A DNA stretch of 64,000 bases, filler included, from Stramenopiles sp. TOSAG23-2 (GCA_900128395.1; 29 parts of 29 records of this genome joined end to end with filler, not necessarily neighbours in it), one strand, 5' to 3'. Positions 11,110-23,682 are shown, counted from the first letter of the whole stretch. Notes: a model not told the origin generated them from the letters alone. A program made the numbers and translations.

Positions 11110-13228
11110 GTGCCACAGCATTGATGATAAAACTGCTACAATACCTTTATTATACAATGCATTATTATTTCCTCCATTTTTTTGTCTCGAATAGCTGTCC
11201 ATTAAATGACACCCATATCTCTGAATATCATTATTATCCACATGACAAGCCATAACGTGCAAGCATACTTCCATTCCACCATTATTTATTATATTTTGCA
11301 TATTCCATGGATGTTTAGTTACAATAGAAGATATTGCTAACATTCCCGACTCTATTAGTTTGGTATTCCGTGATCTTTCACTGAAAGACTCTGTCATGCA
11401 ACATTCATTTGATCTGCGTAATGTATCAACTACTACATCCAGAGTACCTGGGATGGTTGCAATCAAACTTTCTACAGATTTAGAATAGCATTTTGGGGTC
11501 TCAATGTAGTGCTCTTGCAGTGCTGGTATAACCGTCGGATAGCGCACCAGACTTAATTGGCATAATAGATCCATAGAATATTCTAAAATATCTACATGTT
11601 TTGATTCCACAGTTGGAAATGGTTTTGATAATAAATCTACTACAATTTTGATCCCACCAGCAGGGATAGTCGGAACGCACGACGTTGCAGCAAGGACCGA
11701 CTTTCGATCAGCCTTTAGAACAGAATGTAGGATTCGTTGTTGGTTTTTGTTTTTTTTTAACTCCTGTGGAACAGCAAGTCCTGCTCTAATGTTACATTTT
11801 AAATCAACAGCGACACTCGGTTTGTTCGGTTTGTAATGGCAATGAGCCTTGTTATACAATGCCCTCAACGCTGCAATTATTACATCTTCATTTTTTGCAT
11901 GCTTTTCTAGAATTGTAAAAATCAATTCAACATAATTCAAGGACTTAAGTACCGCGCACACACTAGATGACAATGCCCTCAACGCTGCAATTATTACATC
12001 TTCATTTTTTGCATGCTTTTCTAGAATTGTAAAAATCAATTCAACATAATTCAAGGACTTAAGTACCGCGCACACACTAGAAGATGGGGTTTGGCCGCCA
12101 TAAGCTGATTTTTGTCGCTGATTTTTGACACAACAAGCAATCTGAACAATCTCCAGTGCTACAATTTGCAAATCAGCAAAATCTATATATTTTTTCATAG
12201 TAATTAAAATGTTCTTCAAAAGAACACTTTCAGATACCTTTGATAATTCTATAAATTTCTCTAAACGAAATTCACGAAGTGCTTTTAATGCTTTCAATTT
12301 CTCAGCAGCATCATCACGTTCATAATGAAGTGTTGAGGTTTGATCGGACAAAAGCAACAAAGCTGTTCTTGCCTCGATATCAACAGTTTTGTATTTCTTC
12401 AAACCAAAACACTGCACCGTCTTACATTTCAAAAGTTTCTGCAAAATCTCTTTATCACACTTGCTTTCCTTATTAAATATATCTATATTCGGAAGAGCAA
12501 CTCTCCCATGTGGATAGCAACGATAAATACAGTGCAAATAAATAAAGTGCAGCGAATTACCCAAATCTTCGTAACAACCATAATTATTTGCATATTTTCG
12601 AAGTATATACCTAAATGCTTCAACGGAATCTCCATAGACTATATGTTTTGTTTCTTGTATTACACTGTAGTGTCGTCTACCAATGTGCTTAAGTTTAATC
12701 TCGTCAATGTTTTGGATGGATATAGAACGCCTCCTTTCCGCTTGTCTTAAATGTTTGAAATCGGAACGTAAAATAACATATAATTCGACTTCACCATCTA
12801 GATTCGGCAATAAGCATGACACGTTTAACCCATCAGATATTTTTGTACTATCACTTTCGTGCCATGAACCACTAAGAAAAATGAAATCAGTTGTTGCATT
12901 GCCCGATTTTAATCCTGTTTTGCCGTCTTCAAACTTCTTCCGCTTGTCTTAAATGTTTGAAATCGGAACGTAAAATAACATATAATTCGACTTCACCATC
13001 TAGATTCGGCAATAAGCATGACACGTTTAACCCATCAGATATTTTTGTACTATCACTTTCGTGCCATGAACCACTAAGAAAAATGAAATCAGTTGTTGCA
13101 TTGCCCGATTTTAATCCTGTTTTGCCGTCTTCAAACTTCTTTTCTGCGATTAAACTTTTCAATGTTGTATTTGAAGACGCAGATATAACTACGGATGACG
13201 ATTTGTAGAAATGCACATTGATATGTTT
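11110..13228 (-). CDS. Armadillo-repeat-like protein, partial, disrupted by two exact tandem duplications
   Basis: Helical repeats such as GGMEVCLHVMACHVDNNDIQRYGCHLM and ILITMKKYIDFADLQIVALEIV; duplications at 11856-12081 and 12736-13141. Confidence 0.6.
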
Positions 13229-13328
13229 NNNNNNNNNNNNNNNNNNNNNNNNNNNNNNNNNNNNNNNNNNNNTTAATTAATTAANNNNNNNNNNNNNNNN
13301 NNNNNNNNNNNNNNNNNNNNNNNNNNNN

Positions 13329-14577
13329 AATGAAAGTGGATTGATGGATTTATACAATATCTATAATTATGTAATTGAAAATAATAATAATAATAATAAT
13401 AAAATATCGATTATATTTCATGATGATTTAATGAATAATCCAGAAGGTACTTTAAAAACATTATGTGATGAGCTTGATATTCCGTTTCGTAAACAAATGT
13501 TAAAATGGGAAAAAGGGGGAATTGAGGAAGATGGTTGCTGGGCGTCTACATGGTATCACTCCAGTCATAATTCAACATGTTTCACACCTCGTAAAAATCC
13601 ATTTGAATTCAAATCATTGCCACCACCATTGGAATCAGCATTAAGAAAAGATTTATTAAAACCATTTGAAGAATTAAAGAAAAAAAAATTAAAACCAAAA
13701 CCAATATTACCTGATGACAGAAATGAAAATATTAAAATTCATGTTGGTGGTGAATTACTTGATCGAAAAGATGCAAAAGTTAGTGTTTTTGATTCTGTAG
13801 TACAAGGTGGGGATGCTGTGTGGGAAGGGTTACGTGTATATGATGGTCGTAATGTTTCAAGGTGTACCGACGAAAGATGAGATTAAACAAGCTATTTTTG
13901 AATGCCTTGATGCAAATGGTATGTATAACGATACCCATATTCGATTGACATTGACAAGAGGAAACAAAGTTTCAAGTGGTATGTCCCCAACAAATAATCA
14001 AGAAGGTTGCTGTTTAATTGTGTTACCAGAGTGGAAAGGACTTGTATCATCATCAAATGAAAGTGTTGATAAACCGATGACATTGATTACATCTACACAA
14101 CGAAGAAACAATCCAATGTTTTTAGATAGTAAAATCCATCATAATAATTTACTAAATAACATATTGGCAAAAATAGAAGCAAATTTAGCAAATGCGGATG
14201 ATGCGGTGATGCTTGATTTGGATGGGTTTGTCTCTGAAACAAATGCAACAAATATATTTATGGTCAAAGATGGTGTTTTATATACACCATTTGCTGATGC
14301 ATGTTTGCCTGGAATTACACGTAAACGTATTATGGAATTAGCTGAAAATGTTAATGTAAAATGTGAAGAGAAACGATTATCATTATTTGAATTTTATAAT
14401 GCCGATGAAGTTTTTTGTACTGGTACTATGTGCGGTTTAGCACCTGTATCGTATGTAGATGGAAGACAAATCAATCCAAATAATCCACAATACCCGGGTA
14501 ACATCACATCAAAATTACAAGGTGAATATGTTAAATTAACGCAAGATGAGAGTTATGGTGTGAAAATTGTAGTATGA
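13329..14577 (+). CDS. Branched-chain-aminotransferase-like protein (sulfotransferase-like domain plus class IV PLP aminotransferase) with a frameshifting deletion near 13850
   Basis: LCDELDIPFRKQMLKWEKG..EDGCWASTWY; KVSVFDSVVQGGDAVWEGLRVY; DSKIHHNNLLNNILAKIE; GFVSETNATNIF; CLPGITR; ADEVFCTGTM. Confidence 0.88.
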
Positions 14578-14833
14578 TATTATGATATGCATATATCATA
14601 TATTATTGTTGTGCCATATATGCACTTATTGATTTTAAAAGAAGGGAAAGCTTTAATATGCACAAACTGGCAGCATATTCAAAATCATCTCGTTGGAAGT
14701 CATTTAGAATGAAGAATGAAATAATATATTTATTGGTAACAGTGTGGTATAGTGTACGCTTCGTAGTAAAAATCATTCCCCATTTTTTCACAATATATCT
14801 ATATATCTCATGTATTTTACGTATTTTTTTCTC

Positions 14834-15443
14834 TTATTTCTTACTCTCAATATAACATTTATTGATTTCACTTGCACGTTTAGCACCTTTCTCCTTTAAC
14901 AATGATATCAATACAGTTTTTAATCTACTACGATTATAACTGTACGCCCAATCAAGTGGTGTCCATCCATATACATATTTATCTTTTTCATTAATTACTT
15001 CATCAGTACACTTCGGATGATTCAACAACGCTTGCATTATTGCATCGCTTTTCACATTGTTTTGTGCTGCCCAGTGCAATGCATTTCTCCCATGGTTATC
15101 ACATTTACTTAAATCAATATTATCATCTTTTAACAATTTTTTCACAGCTTCAACATCTTCTTTCCGCGCTGCATTTATCAATGCTTCCAATTCTTTTTTG
15201 CGTTTTGCACCATGATTTTCAAACAACGCTATTAGAGATTTTTTAACATCACTTTTATTAAAAGTAAATACTCTATCTAATGGTGTATTACCATATTTAT
15301 CAAGGCAATTTATTGCATCATTTGTACAAGTTGGATGGTCAAGCAATATTTCTAATATATATGTTCTTTCATTGAATCCACCTGCATAATGTAAAGCATT
15401 GCAATCACTTTTATCAGCTTTAATTGACACATCTGAATCTGGT
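14834..15443 (-). CDS. Ankyrin-repeat protein, 5'-partial
   Basis: NALHYA...GNTPLD and GRNALHWAA...GWTPLDWA in two similar modules. Confidence 0.9.
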
Positions 15444-15794
15444 NNNNNNNNNNNNNNNNNNNNNNNNNNNNNNNNNNNNNNNNNNNNTTAATTAATTAAN
15501 NNNNNNNNNNNNNNNNNNNNNNNNNNNNNNNNNNNNNNNNNNNAGAGCAGAAGTGATTGATGTTTACTAGAGTGTTTGGTATATACGATCTCGTGTGTAT
15601 GTGTGTGTGATGGTATACACCATGTTGAATGTTGATCTTGTTTTTTTTTTTTAAATCAGGAAAGGTGATGAATGCATCAGAGATATGATCATTCTGATGA
15701 TGTTGAAACTCAATGTCGGTGTGTTTGATTAGTATATACCATATCGTACTGTCATATTTTGAGCTTGTAGAATTATTTTGTGTGATGATTTGCG

Positions 15795-16054
15795 TGGGAG
15801 GGAGAGATGACGTTTGATGTAATTGTGTGCGTTATCGCGTTAATCCTGTTTTGTTTAAAAACTTTCTTATTCAATATATCATATTAACTCAATATTTTAT
15901 ATTTGAAAAATAGTAGTTAAATTTGGGAGGGAGAGATGACGTTTGATGTAATTGTGTGCGTTATCGCGTTAATCCTGTTTTGTTTAAAAACTTTCTTATT
16001 CAATATATCATATTAACTCAATATTTTATATTTGAAAAATAGTAGTTAAATTTG
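15795..16054. repeat. Exact tandem duplication with a period of about 129 bp
   Basis: tgggagggagagatgacgtttg...tagttaaattt occurs twice. Confidence 0.9.
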
Positions 16055-16690
16055 TTTACATCTCTCTTACTCCATTACTCCATTTAGTCACAATTTTTGT
16101 ATCAATTATCGATTATCGATTATATATCATATACATGCTATCCAAAAGGTATGTAATTACTTGCATGAATGTTACCGTATGCTTGTTTATATGTAATACT
16201 GTTTAAACATTAACTTTTGTATACTACTGGGTCTTCTTAACAAATTTACTACACATTATCACAATATCGTCTTTCAAATTTCAAAGTTAACCTTTAAAAT
16301 TATTCATTATATAACAATTATTTGTTGTTGTATATTATATTTATTGATGTAAGTGTATTTCGATGGATTGTATAGGAATGAAAGGATAAATGAATAGTGT
16401 TATAAGTCTTTATTGCCTTGATTGTACGATTTTTTATTATTATATATGTGTATTATATATATGTTTTCTGTTCACAACATTTTTACTTAAATTTAGATAA
16501 AACGTTTTCGAATGAACCGTCACACAATTATACTTTTAAACAAAGATTAAATGATTGCGTGTTCGTACTCCTCGTACATATATAATATTAAGAGAAGTCA
16601 ATTAATGTAAGTGGTACAGAGATGTGTAGATGTGATTATCTTTATTGTTTATTGTATATTAATAATATATATTATTTTATGTTATATATT

Positions 16691-17646
16691 TTATGTTCTT
16701 ATGTTATTTTTATAATTCTTCTTCACGTTTTCCACCTTTTGAACGTATAAGATCAATGATCTTTTGTTGAATTGGACTTTTATTAAATTTATATGCCAAG
16801 TCCAGGGGAGTGGATCCCCCGGAATGCTTCTTCCACCTTTTGAACGTATAAGATCAATGATCTTTTGTTGAATTGGACTTTTATTAAATTTATATGCCAA
16901 GTCCAGGGGAGTGGATCCCCCGGAATGCTTCTTATTAATGCTATTAAGAGACATATTAGTTAATAACAACTCAATCACCTTCGTATCCTTTTTGTTATCA
17001 CCTGCTGCATAATGTAATGCATTATCTCCATACTTATCTGCAATATTAGGATCAGCTTCACCTTGTTCAATCAAATATTTAACTATTTGGAAATGTTCTT
17101 CTCTTGCAGCTATCATTAAAGGTGTATATGGTCCAGTACCATAACTATTTTTACCTTCTTGATTCACGTATTCTTTCAATGTCATATTATTATTATTACC
17201 ATTACTACCATTCACATCATTANNNNNNNNNNNNNNNNNNNNNNNNNNNNNNNNNNNNNNNNNNNNNNNNNNNNTGCAATATTAGGATCAGCTTCACCTT
17301 GTTCAATCAAATATTTAACTATTTGGAAATGTTCTTCTCTTGCAGCTATCATTAAAGGTGTATATGGTCCAGTACCATAACTATTTTTACCTTCTTGATT
17401 CACGTATTCTTTCAATGTCATATTATTATTATTACCATTCATGCATGTAATCAATAATTTCACATCCTCAAAACGTCCTTTTTCACATGCGCATACCAAT
17501 GGCGCGCCGTCTGGAAATTCAGTTTCATAACGATCATTCAAACGATTCAAAACATTCCTATAACAATTCGAAATATTTTTATTATATATATCATGTATTG
17601 TTGGTACAGTTAAAAATCGTTTTGTTGTTTTTCCAAACATATTCAT
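16691..17646 (-). CDS. Ankyrin-repeat family protein, misassembled across an internal N gap, with duplicated segments
   Basis: EFPDGAPLVCACEKGR...TPLMIAAREEHFQIVKYLIEQGEADPNIA...NALHYAA...GSTPLDLA; the same block lies on both sides of the gap at 17223-17274, and a 101-bp duplication covers 16730-16933. Confidence 0.8.
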
Positions 17647-17757
17647 TAACGCTTGACNNNNNNNNNNNNNNNNNNNNNNNNNNNNNNNNNNNNNNNNNNN
17701 NTTAATTAATTAANNNNNNNNNNNNNNNNNNNNNNNNNNNNNNNNNNNNNNNNNNNN

Positions 17758-19812
17758 TGGATCCACAGTGCTGAACAGGATCTTGCATCTACTTTATCTG
17801 CTCTGGAAATGCTGTTACGAATGTATGAAGCCGGAGATTATAACAGTGCATCAATACGTAATTATCGCCATAGGCTTGTTGAACTTGAAATTTTCGAAGT
17901 GCAAGGACCTACCTCGCTAGTACGTACATCAATGGAAAATTTAGAAGATTCAAATCCTGAAATTGTTGATGACATTCGCAATATCACTATGAAGCTACGA
18001 GATGTCAAAGCTGCAGTGAAAGACCTTTTGGAAGTAATGGAAAAATTTGACGTCGGTTCAAAGGAAGTTGACACGCATGTACAAAATTTAATGCAATCAG
18101 TCGTTGGAAAGCAACTTTCACAAAGCAAAGCGGGTGAGGATAGCAGTAGTCAGCTTTCACAAGACAACAAAAGTGGGGAGGATACCTACCAATATGATAA
18201 TGTTAGTGTAGCATCATCGTTATGGAGTTTAGAAGCACAAGCAAGTGTCAAAAATGTTCGGGTTAGCCAAAACAATTTGCCAAGTAACAATAGTATCGAT
18301 GAGAATGAATTGGCAAACAATAATGTCAACAATAACAAAAACGAGAATAATGACAACAACGCCTCGTCAAAACCTGGAAATAATAATAATAATTATGATT
18401 CGAGCATTGCAAGTGATACATCAAGTGTAAAAGCTGAGAGTAGACCTATACTTTTAGAACACGAAGTGCTTCATTTACATGTCAATGGTGCTGAAAAATT
18501 AAAGAAAGTAGACACGTTTGGTCATAGCGATCCATATTGTGTTGTATATTCAAATGGTGAAAAAATTGGGAAAACAGGTATCAAGAAAAATACTTCAAAA
18601 CCAAAATGGAATGAGGTTTTTAATATTAGTGAACCATCATTTGATTTGAAGTTTGATGTGTATGACTGGGATCGTGTAGGTTCGCATGATTACCATGGGA
18701 GAGTTGTTATTAATCGTGCGGATATACCAATTTACCTTGGACGACACAATGTGGCATTTGAACTGGAAGCAGATCCATCGCTGAAACCTAAGAAAAATAA
18801 AAATGTTGGTGGAACATTATTTATATCATTCAGTGTGATGAATGATGAGAAAATAAGGAAAGCTAATGTTGCAGAAATGGCAGCGAGTTTTGCACGTAAA
18901 CACAGCAAAGCAGCTATAGAAAAAGATAAAGGTGAAGAGCAAAAACCAAGCAATTTAAATAACGTACAGAAAGTTTCGTCTCCTCCATTTCAACAGCAGT
19001 CAATACAAATTTCTCAAGTAGGTGCCCAGGATATTGATGGACAAAACGCTGTAGTTGAAAATAGTGTTGTAGATGAACACGAGAGTAAAACATCAATTCA
19101 ATCTACAACTGTAGATAGAATAGATGAAATTTTGAAACAAGAGTCTGGTACTTCATCTATTGTTAATAACGTTTCTGTTGCAAAGTCTTCTAGCAGTGGA
19201 AGGAGCAGTAGTAATACAGTGGAGAACAGTCTCCTTCCTGCTAATGATAGTAACATAGCTCTCAGTTTAGATCGTAGCATGTCTTCAGGATCCAATGCAA
19301 ATGAAATAAGCAATGCTGAAAATGATAAGAAAAAACGGGCATCGCCAGCAGAAGGTGAGGATCGTTTGTTACTACAAAAAGGATTTTCAAAACTTTCACT
19401 TCATGCAACGACATCAATTGAGAACAAAAAGAAAGACATCATGGATGTAAAAGCAACAAATGGGGATGGGGTTGATAATTTAAGAACAACAACATTGCAA
19501 AATGATATGACTGGTGAAGCGACTGATGAAGCGACTGATAAAACTGTGAACGAATCCAAAAGTGAGCTTTCTAAAGCTATTAGATCATCAATGTTTTCCG
19601 ACGTAAGCGATGATATGAATAATTCATTAAGTGTATTGACGACTAATGTCACCAAAGATAGTATTGAAAGTGGTGGTGGTAGTGAACCACAGCGAGAATT
19701 AACATTAGAGGAAAGAATTGCATCTATGTTGAATACTGGTGATAGTAATAGCACAACGAAAACATATGATCACGAAAGTGACGAAGATGATATTAGTGAC
19801 TTGCTCAGCTAA
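17758..19812 (+). CDS. C2-domain protein with long low-complexity regions, 5'-partial
   Basis: LHVNGAEKLKKVDTFGHSDPYCVV...KTGIKKNTSKPKWNEVF...FDVYDWDRVGSHDYHG, with the Ca-binding aspartates present. Confidence 0.88.
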   Translation, partial: WIHSAEQDLASTLSALEMLLRMYEAGDYNSASIRNYRHRLVELEIFEVQGPTSLVRTSMENLEDSNPEIVDDIRNITMKLRDVKAAVKDLLEVMEKFDVGSKEVDTHVQNLMQSVVGKQLSQSKAGEDSSSQLSQDNKSGEDTYQYDNVSVASSLWSLEAQASVKNVRVSQNNLPSNNSIDENELANNNVNNNKNENNDNNASSKPGNNNNNYDSSIASDTSSVKAESRPILLEHEVLHLHVNGAEKLKKVDTFGHSDPYCVVYSNGEKIGKTGIKKNTSKPKWNEVFNISEPSFDLKFDVYDWDRVGSHDYHGRVVINRADIPIYLGRHNVAFELEADPSLKPKKNKNVGGTLFISFSVMNDEKIRKANVAEMAASFARKHSKAAIEKDKGEEQKPSNLNNVQKVSSPPFQQQSIQISQVGAQDIDGQNAVVENSVVDEHESKTSIQSTTVDRIDEILKQESGTSSIVNNVSVAKSSSSGRSSSNTVENSLLPANDSNIALSLDRSMSSGSNANEISNAENDKKKRASPAEGEDRLLLQKGFSKLSLHATTSIENKKKDIMDVKATNGDGVDNLRTTTLQNDMTGEATDEATDKTVNESKSELSKAIRSSMFSDVSDDMNNSLSVLTTNVTKDSIESGGGSEPQRELTLEERIASMLNTGDSNSTTKTYDHESDEDDISDLLS

Positions 19813-20482
19813 AAAAACAAAACATTTTTGTTTATTCTAAAATATATTTATTTCGATGGTATGATAGTTTNNNNNNNNNNNNNNNNNNNNNNNNNNNNNN
19901 NNNNNNNNNNNNNNTTAATTAATTAANNNNNNNNNNNNNNNNNNNNNNNNNNNNNNNNNNNNNNNNNNNNATAATATCAATAATCGGCATATTTTGATCC
20001 AATTTCGTTCCGCTTGAACCCTACTTTTCAACTCTGATATAATGCTATTTCTATGCTAATATTTTCGGTCCCATTGGCTTCTTCTTTTGATCCAGGAGGA
20101 TTTAAAGTACAATTATTAGACTGCTACATGAACAATTGAAATGAGATAAAATAATTCAATCTTTAATAGTTAGTGGATTGAAAATTATTTTGATAGGGAA
20201 TTTAAAGGGCCTTTAAATTTAAGCCGTCACAGCGTCACAGCACACAGCACTATTTTGGATTTATACTTTTTGTAGTCTAACTAAAACTATCAAAATAGAA
20301 ACCCGTAACGCTGTGACGGCCTATTAGGTGTTTATGGTGTGTGGCTGCTAATTTTTAAGGTAAACAATTAAAAATATGTAATTTTTCACTACTTTCGTTG
20401 TGCACGACTATGTAAAAATAACTTTTTCAACTTTTACCAAATATATCTACGGATACACAATGTACGTATATAATCGAATTAA

Positions 20483-21304
20483 TTACTGACCATCGTCTTG
20501 AAGTTCACCTTTACCTAATCCTACTCTTTCACCATTTGCATCGAAGCAGTTTGCTTTCCCACCATTTGAACGGATAAGTGCAATTATCTCTTGTTGAATT
20601 GGACTGCTCTGAGCACCAGGTATATTCGAGTTAAGACCATATGCAAAATCCAGGGGAGTGCATCCCCCTTGGTGCTTCTTGTTAATACTCCATATAGGCA
20701 TATGATTTAATAATAGTTTAATCATAGCAGTATTCTTTTTGCTCCACACTACTGCCATATGTAATGCATTGAATCCAAAAGCATTTGGAGTAGTAGGATC
20801 AGCTTCACATCGTTCAATTAAATATTGAGCTATGTTGAAATATTCTTTGTATACAGCTTTTAATAAAGGTGTCCATAAACTATCTGTGCCGATTTGATTC
20901 ACGTATTCTTTCAGTGTCATCTTCCCATCAAAACCGTAGATTACATCACGATTAGTAATATATTTGTGATAAGGGTGAAGGTTCACAAATAATTGAACAT
21001 CTTCCATGTGTCCTATCTGGCATGCATATATAATAGGCGACCCGTATCTATATTTACCTTTATACTTCCAATACAATTTAAGTAATTGACGTGGTCCATA
21101 TATCATTTTCTCAATATGTTCATCATATACATTGCTATCACCATTTTGCAATTTTAATTGCTTCAAAAAAGAAGATTCAACTAAATTTAACATCTCACGT
21201 ACTTTTAAATTGGATATAATATATTGAAACATAGGAAATATTTTAACTACATCGTATATATTACATGTTTCCATTGTAATAATAGTATTGTTGTCTTGAT
21301 CCAT
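20483..21304 (-). CDS. Ankyrin-repeat family protein
   Basis: GSPIIYACQIGH, WTPLLKAV, GFNALHMAV, GCTPLDFA; same framework as the other family members. Confidence 0.9.
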   Translation of the reverse strand: MDQDNNTIITMETCNIYDVVKIFPMFQYIISNLKVREMLNLVESSFLKQLKLQNGDSNVYDEHIEKMIYGPRQLLKLYWKYKGKYRYGSPIIYACQIGHMEDVQLFVNLHPYHKYITNRDVIYGFDGKMTLKEYVNQIGTDSLWTPLLKAVYKEYFNIAQYLIERCEADPTTPNAFGFNALHMAVVWSKKNTAMIKLLLNHMPIWSINKKHQGGCTPLDFAYGLNSNIPGAQSSPIQQEIIALIRSNGGKANCFDANGERVGLGKGELQDDGQ

Positions 21305-21723
21305 TGTTATTGATATGATCTATTATATGCCATATATACTATTTTTGTTCTCAGTATTTCTATACAGAGGTAATATTATATCGTCTATATATATATATAT
21401 AGTGTTGGTCCACATCAAGAAGCCGCGCCTTGTTGTGATAGCGCTCTAATACCACAATTAGAACAATATTGTTTACCCAAAAGAAAAGATGAACCAACAC
21501 TCGCACACGTATACAATATTCCGTTGTATGTGCCTGCTAAATGGTATTTAAGGATTGTTTTTACGAATGTTAATATTTCCAGTTATTCGTCCTCCTTTCA
21601 CAATACAAAAAATTTCTTTTACCTTACTTGTTGGAGGTCCTGGAAAACCACGTAGGAACACATATAGGATGAATAACACTACCACCTTTATCGTACTTAG
21701 TTTCAATCTAAATAATTTGAAAA

Positions 21724-21947
21724 CCTATAGGAAACGTTGATTTAGGATAATGTGTCACAGATTAGCATATCAATAACATAAGTGTTATTTATATACTAAA
21801 TAGGTACATAAAGCGTGAAGTACGGTAAATTCGAAGGTTTTTCATCGATTTGTGTAATTTATGTACCTATTTAGTATATATATAGTACTTAATGTTATAT
21901 GTATGTAAATCTATGATATATCCTCCTCAATAAATTATTCCTATAGG
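21724..21947. mobile_element. Imperfect foldback element with a perfect 23-bp inverted core
   Basis: tatatactaaataggtacataaa (21790-21812) pairs with tttatgtacctatttagtatata (21858-21880); looser pairing continues outward to CCTATAGG at both ends. Confidence 0.5.
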
Positions 21948-22548
21948 CAACGGCATTTTGTTATTTTGAAAAGGTTTTTTGTTTTGAATTTTATTTATTT
22001 ATTTGAAAAGAATTGATCTTCAAAGGAACATCGATATTCCAAGTATAGATAATTTCATCTATTTACTTGTTGTGTATATATTNNNNNNNNNNNNNNNNNN
22101 NNNNNNNNNNNNNNNNNNNNNNNNNNTTAATTAATTAANNNNNNNNNNNNNNNNNNNNNNNNNNNNNNNNNNNNNNNNNNNNTGGACATTATAATATTTA
22201 TACACGCATCCGGTTGTAACAAAACCGGCTGCACTAAGGTAGATTAGTCGTTTAACCCACATAACATTTTTTTGCGCACAAACCTAAGCGGTGACTCTTT
22301 GAGGGGATTTCGCCATTGGTAAAAGATTACCGGTTACCAAATTTCTGCGAAAGTACCGAAAAATAACACCCCTTTTGTTTATGCTATTGGTTTTAGGCGT
22401 AGTACTATGGTAGCATAATATTTGTAATTGGAAGTGAAAGGAAACGTGATTCATGATTCATGACCAACAAGAGGTATCTGGATTCTGGATATCTGGATAT
22501 ATATACTGTACTGTATAGGATATGTTGTGTAGTTGCTACTAATATAAA

Positions 22549-23682
22549 TTAATAATATACGTTAAGACGTTTAGAAGAGTACCTTCCTCCTCTGTGAAAC
22601 CCTGACCCTAACTTCGTTCTGTAACGTTCTAATTGATGTTTCATATTACCGCTAAGTTGATTATTCTCTAGCTTCAATATTCTTAATGTATTGTTTGTTT
22701 TTAATCCATCAATAATACTTTGTACATCAGTAATATTATTATTATTTAGGTACAATGCCCTTAATGTATTGTTTCTTTTTAATCCATCACCAATACTTTG
22801 TACATCAGTAATATTATTATTATGTAGGTGCAATACCTTTAATGTATTGTTTGTTTTTAATGCTTCACCGATACTTTGTACATCTGTAATATCATTATCA
22901 TTTAGGCACAATTCCTTTAATAAATTGTTAGTTTTTAACAATTCACCAATAACTAATGCATCCTCATCCGTGAGATTCTTCTTGATCAAACTCACTCTGA
23001 TCTTTCCACGCAACTTTTTACGCAACCCTTTCAATCTTTTGATTTTCTTTTTACGCAATTTTTTCAATCTTTTTTTCTTCGCATCGTGTTCATATTTAAT
23101 CAAATAATTAACAATTTCATCCTTCACCCGATATGGATTGCTATATGCATTATCAAGTGGGGTTTCTCCGCCTACATCTTGTTGGTTTATCACTTTCTCC
23201 GGTAGATGTTTCAATAAATATTCTACAACATTTGAGCTTTTCTTGCTGTAATATGCAGCAATATGCAAAACGTTCCATTTATCACGCTTGCTACAAATAC
23301 TACTATCTACTCCATTTTCAATTAATAATTGAACAATATTTAAATAACCTTTTCGTGCTGCTATTCCTAGTGGTGTAAATGAAATCCCTTGGCTTGTCTT
23401 ACCTTCATTATTAATAACGTTTTTATTGTTAGTTTCAAGCAATATTTTGATCATATTTTCAACATCATTTATCCGGTTTTTTTCACATGCACATATCAAT
23501 GGATCACCCTTTGGAAACTCTTTCTTATATTTCTTGTATAAAACGTATAATGGATGGTCTTCACGTGTGAATACCGTTTCAAGTGGCAATGCCGGGCCAA
23601 ATATTTGTTCGTTGTCGATGTTTAACAAAGCACTACGAAATAATTGTCTCCCATTCATACTTAATTCTTGTTGTCGAGACAT
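22549..23682 (-). CDS. Ankyrin-repeat plus leucine-rich-repeat protein
   Basis: EFPKGDPLICACEK, FTPLGIAA, WNVLHIAA and GETPLD, then four 26-aa LRRs of the IGEALKTNNTLKVLHLHNNNITDVQS type. Confidence 0.9.
   Translation of the reverse strand: MSRQQELSMNGRQLFRSALLNIDNEQIFGPALPLETVFTREDHPLYVLYKKYKKEFPKGDPLICACEKNRINDVENMIKILLETNNKNVINNEGKTSQGISFTPLGIAARKGYLNIVQLLIENGVDSSICSKRDKWNVLHIAAYYSKKSSNVVEYLLKHLPEKVINQQDVGGETPLDNAYSNPYRVKDEIVNYLIKYEHDAKKKRLKKLRKKKIKRLKGLRKKLRGKIRVSLIKKNLTDEDALVIGELLKTNNLLKELCLNDNDITDVQSIGEALKTNNTLKVLHLHNNNITDVQSIGDGLKRNNTLRALYLNNNNITDVQSIIDGLKTNNTLRILKLENNQLSGNMKHQLERYRTKLGSGFHRGGRYSSKRLNVYY

Noticed and set aside
22691-23107. Repetitive plus-strand ORFs (MFVFNPSIILCTSVILLL..., also 79-285)
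   Set aside because: They are antisense shadows of the LRR repeats
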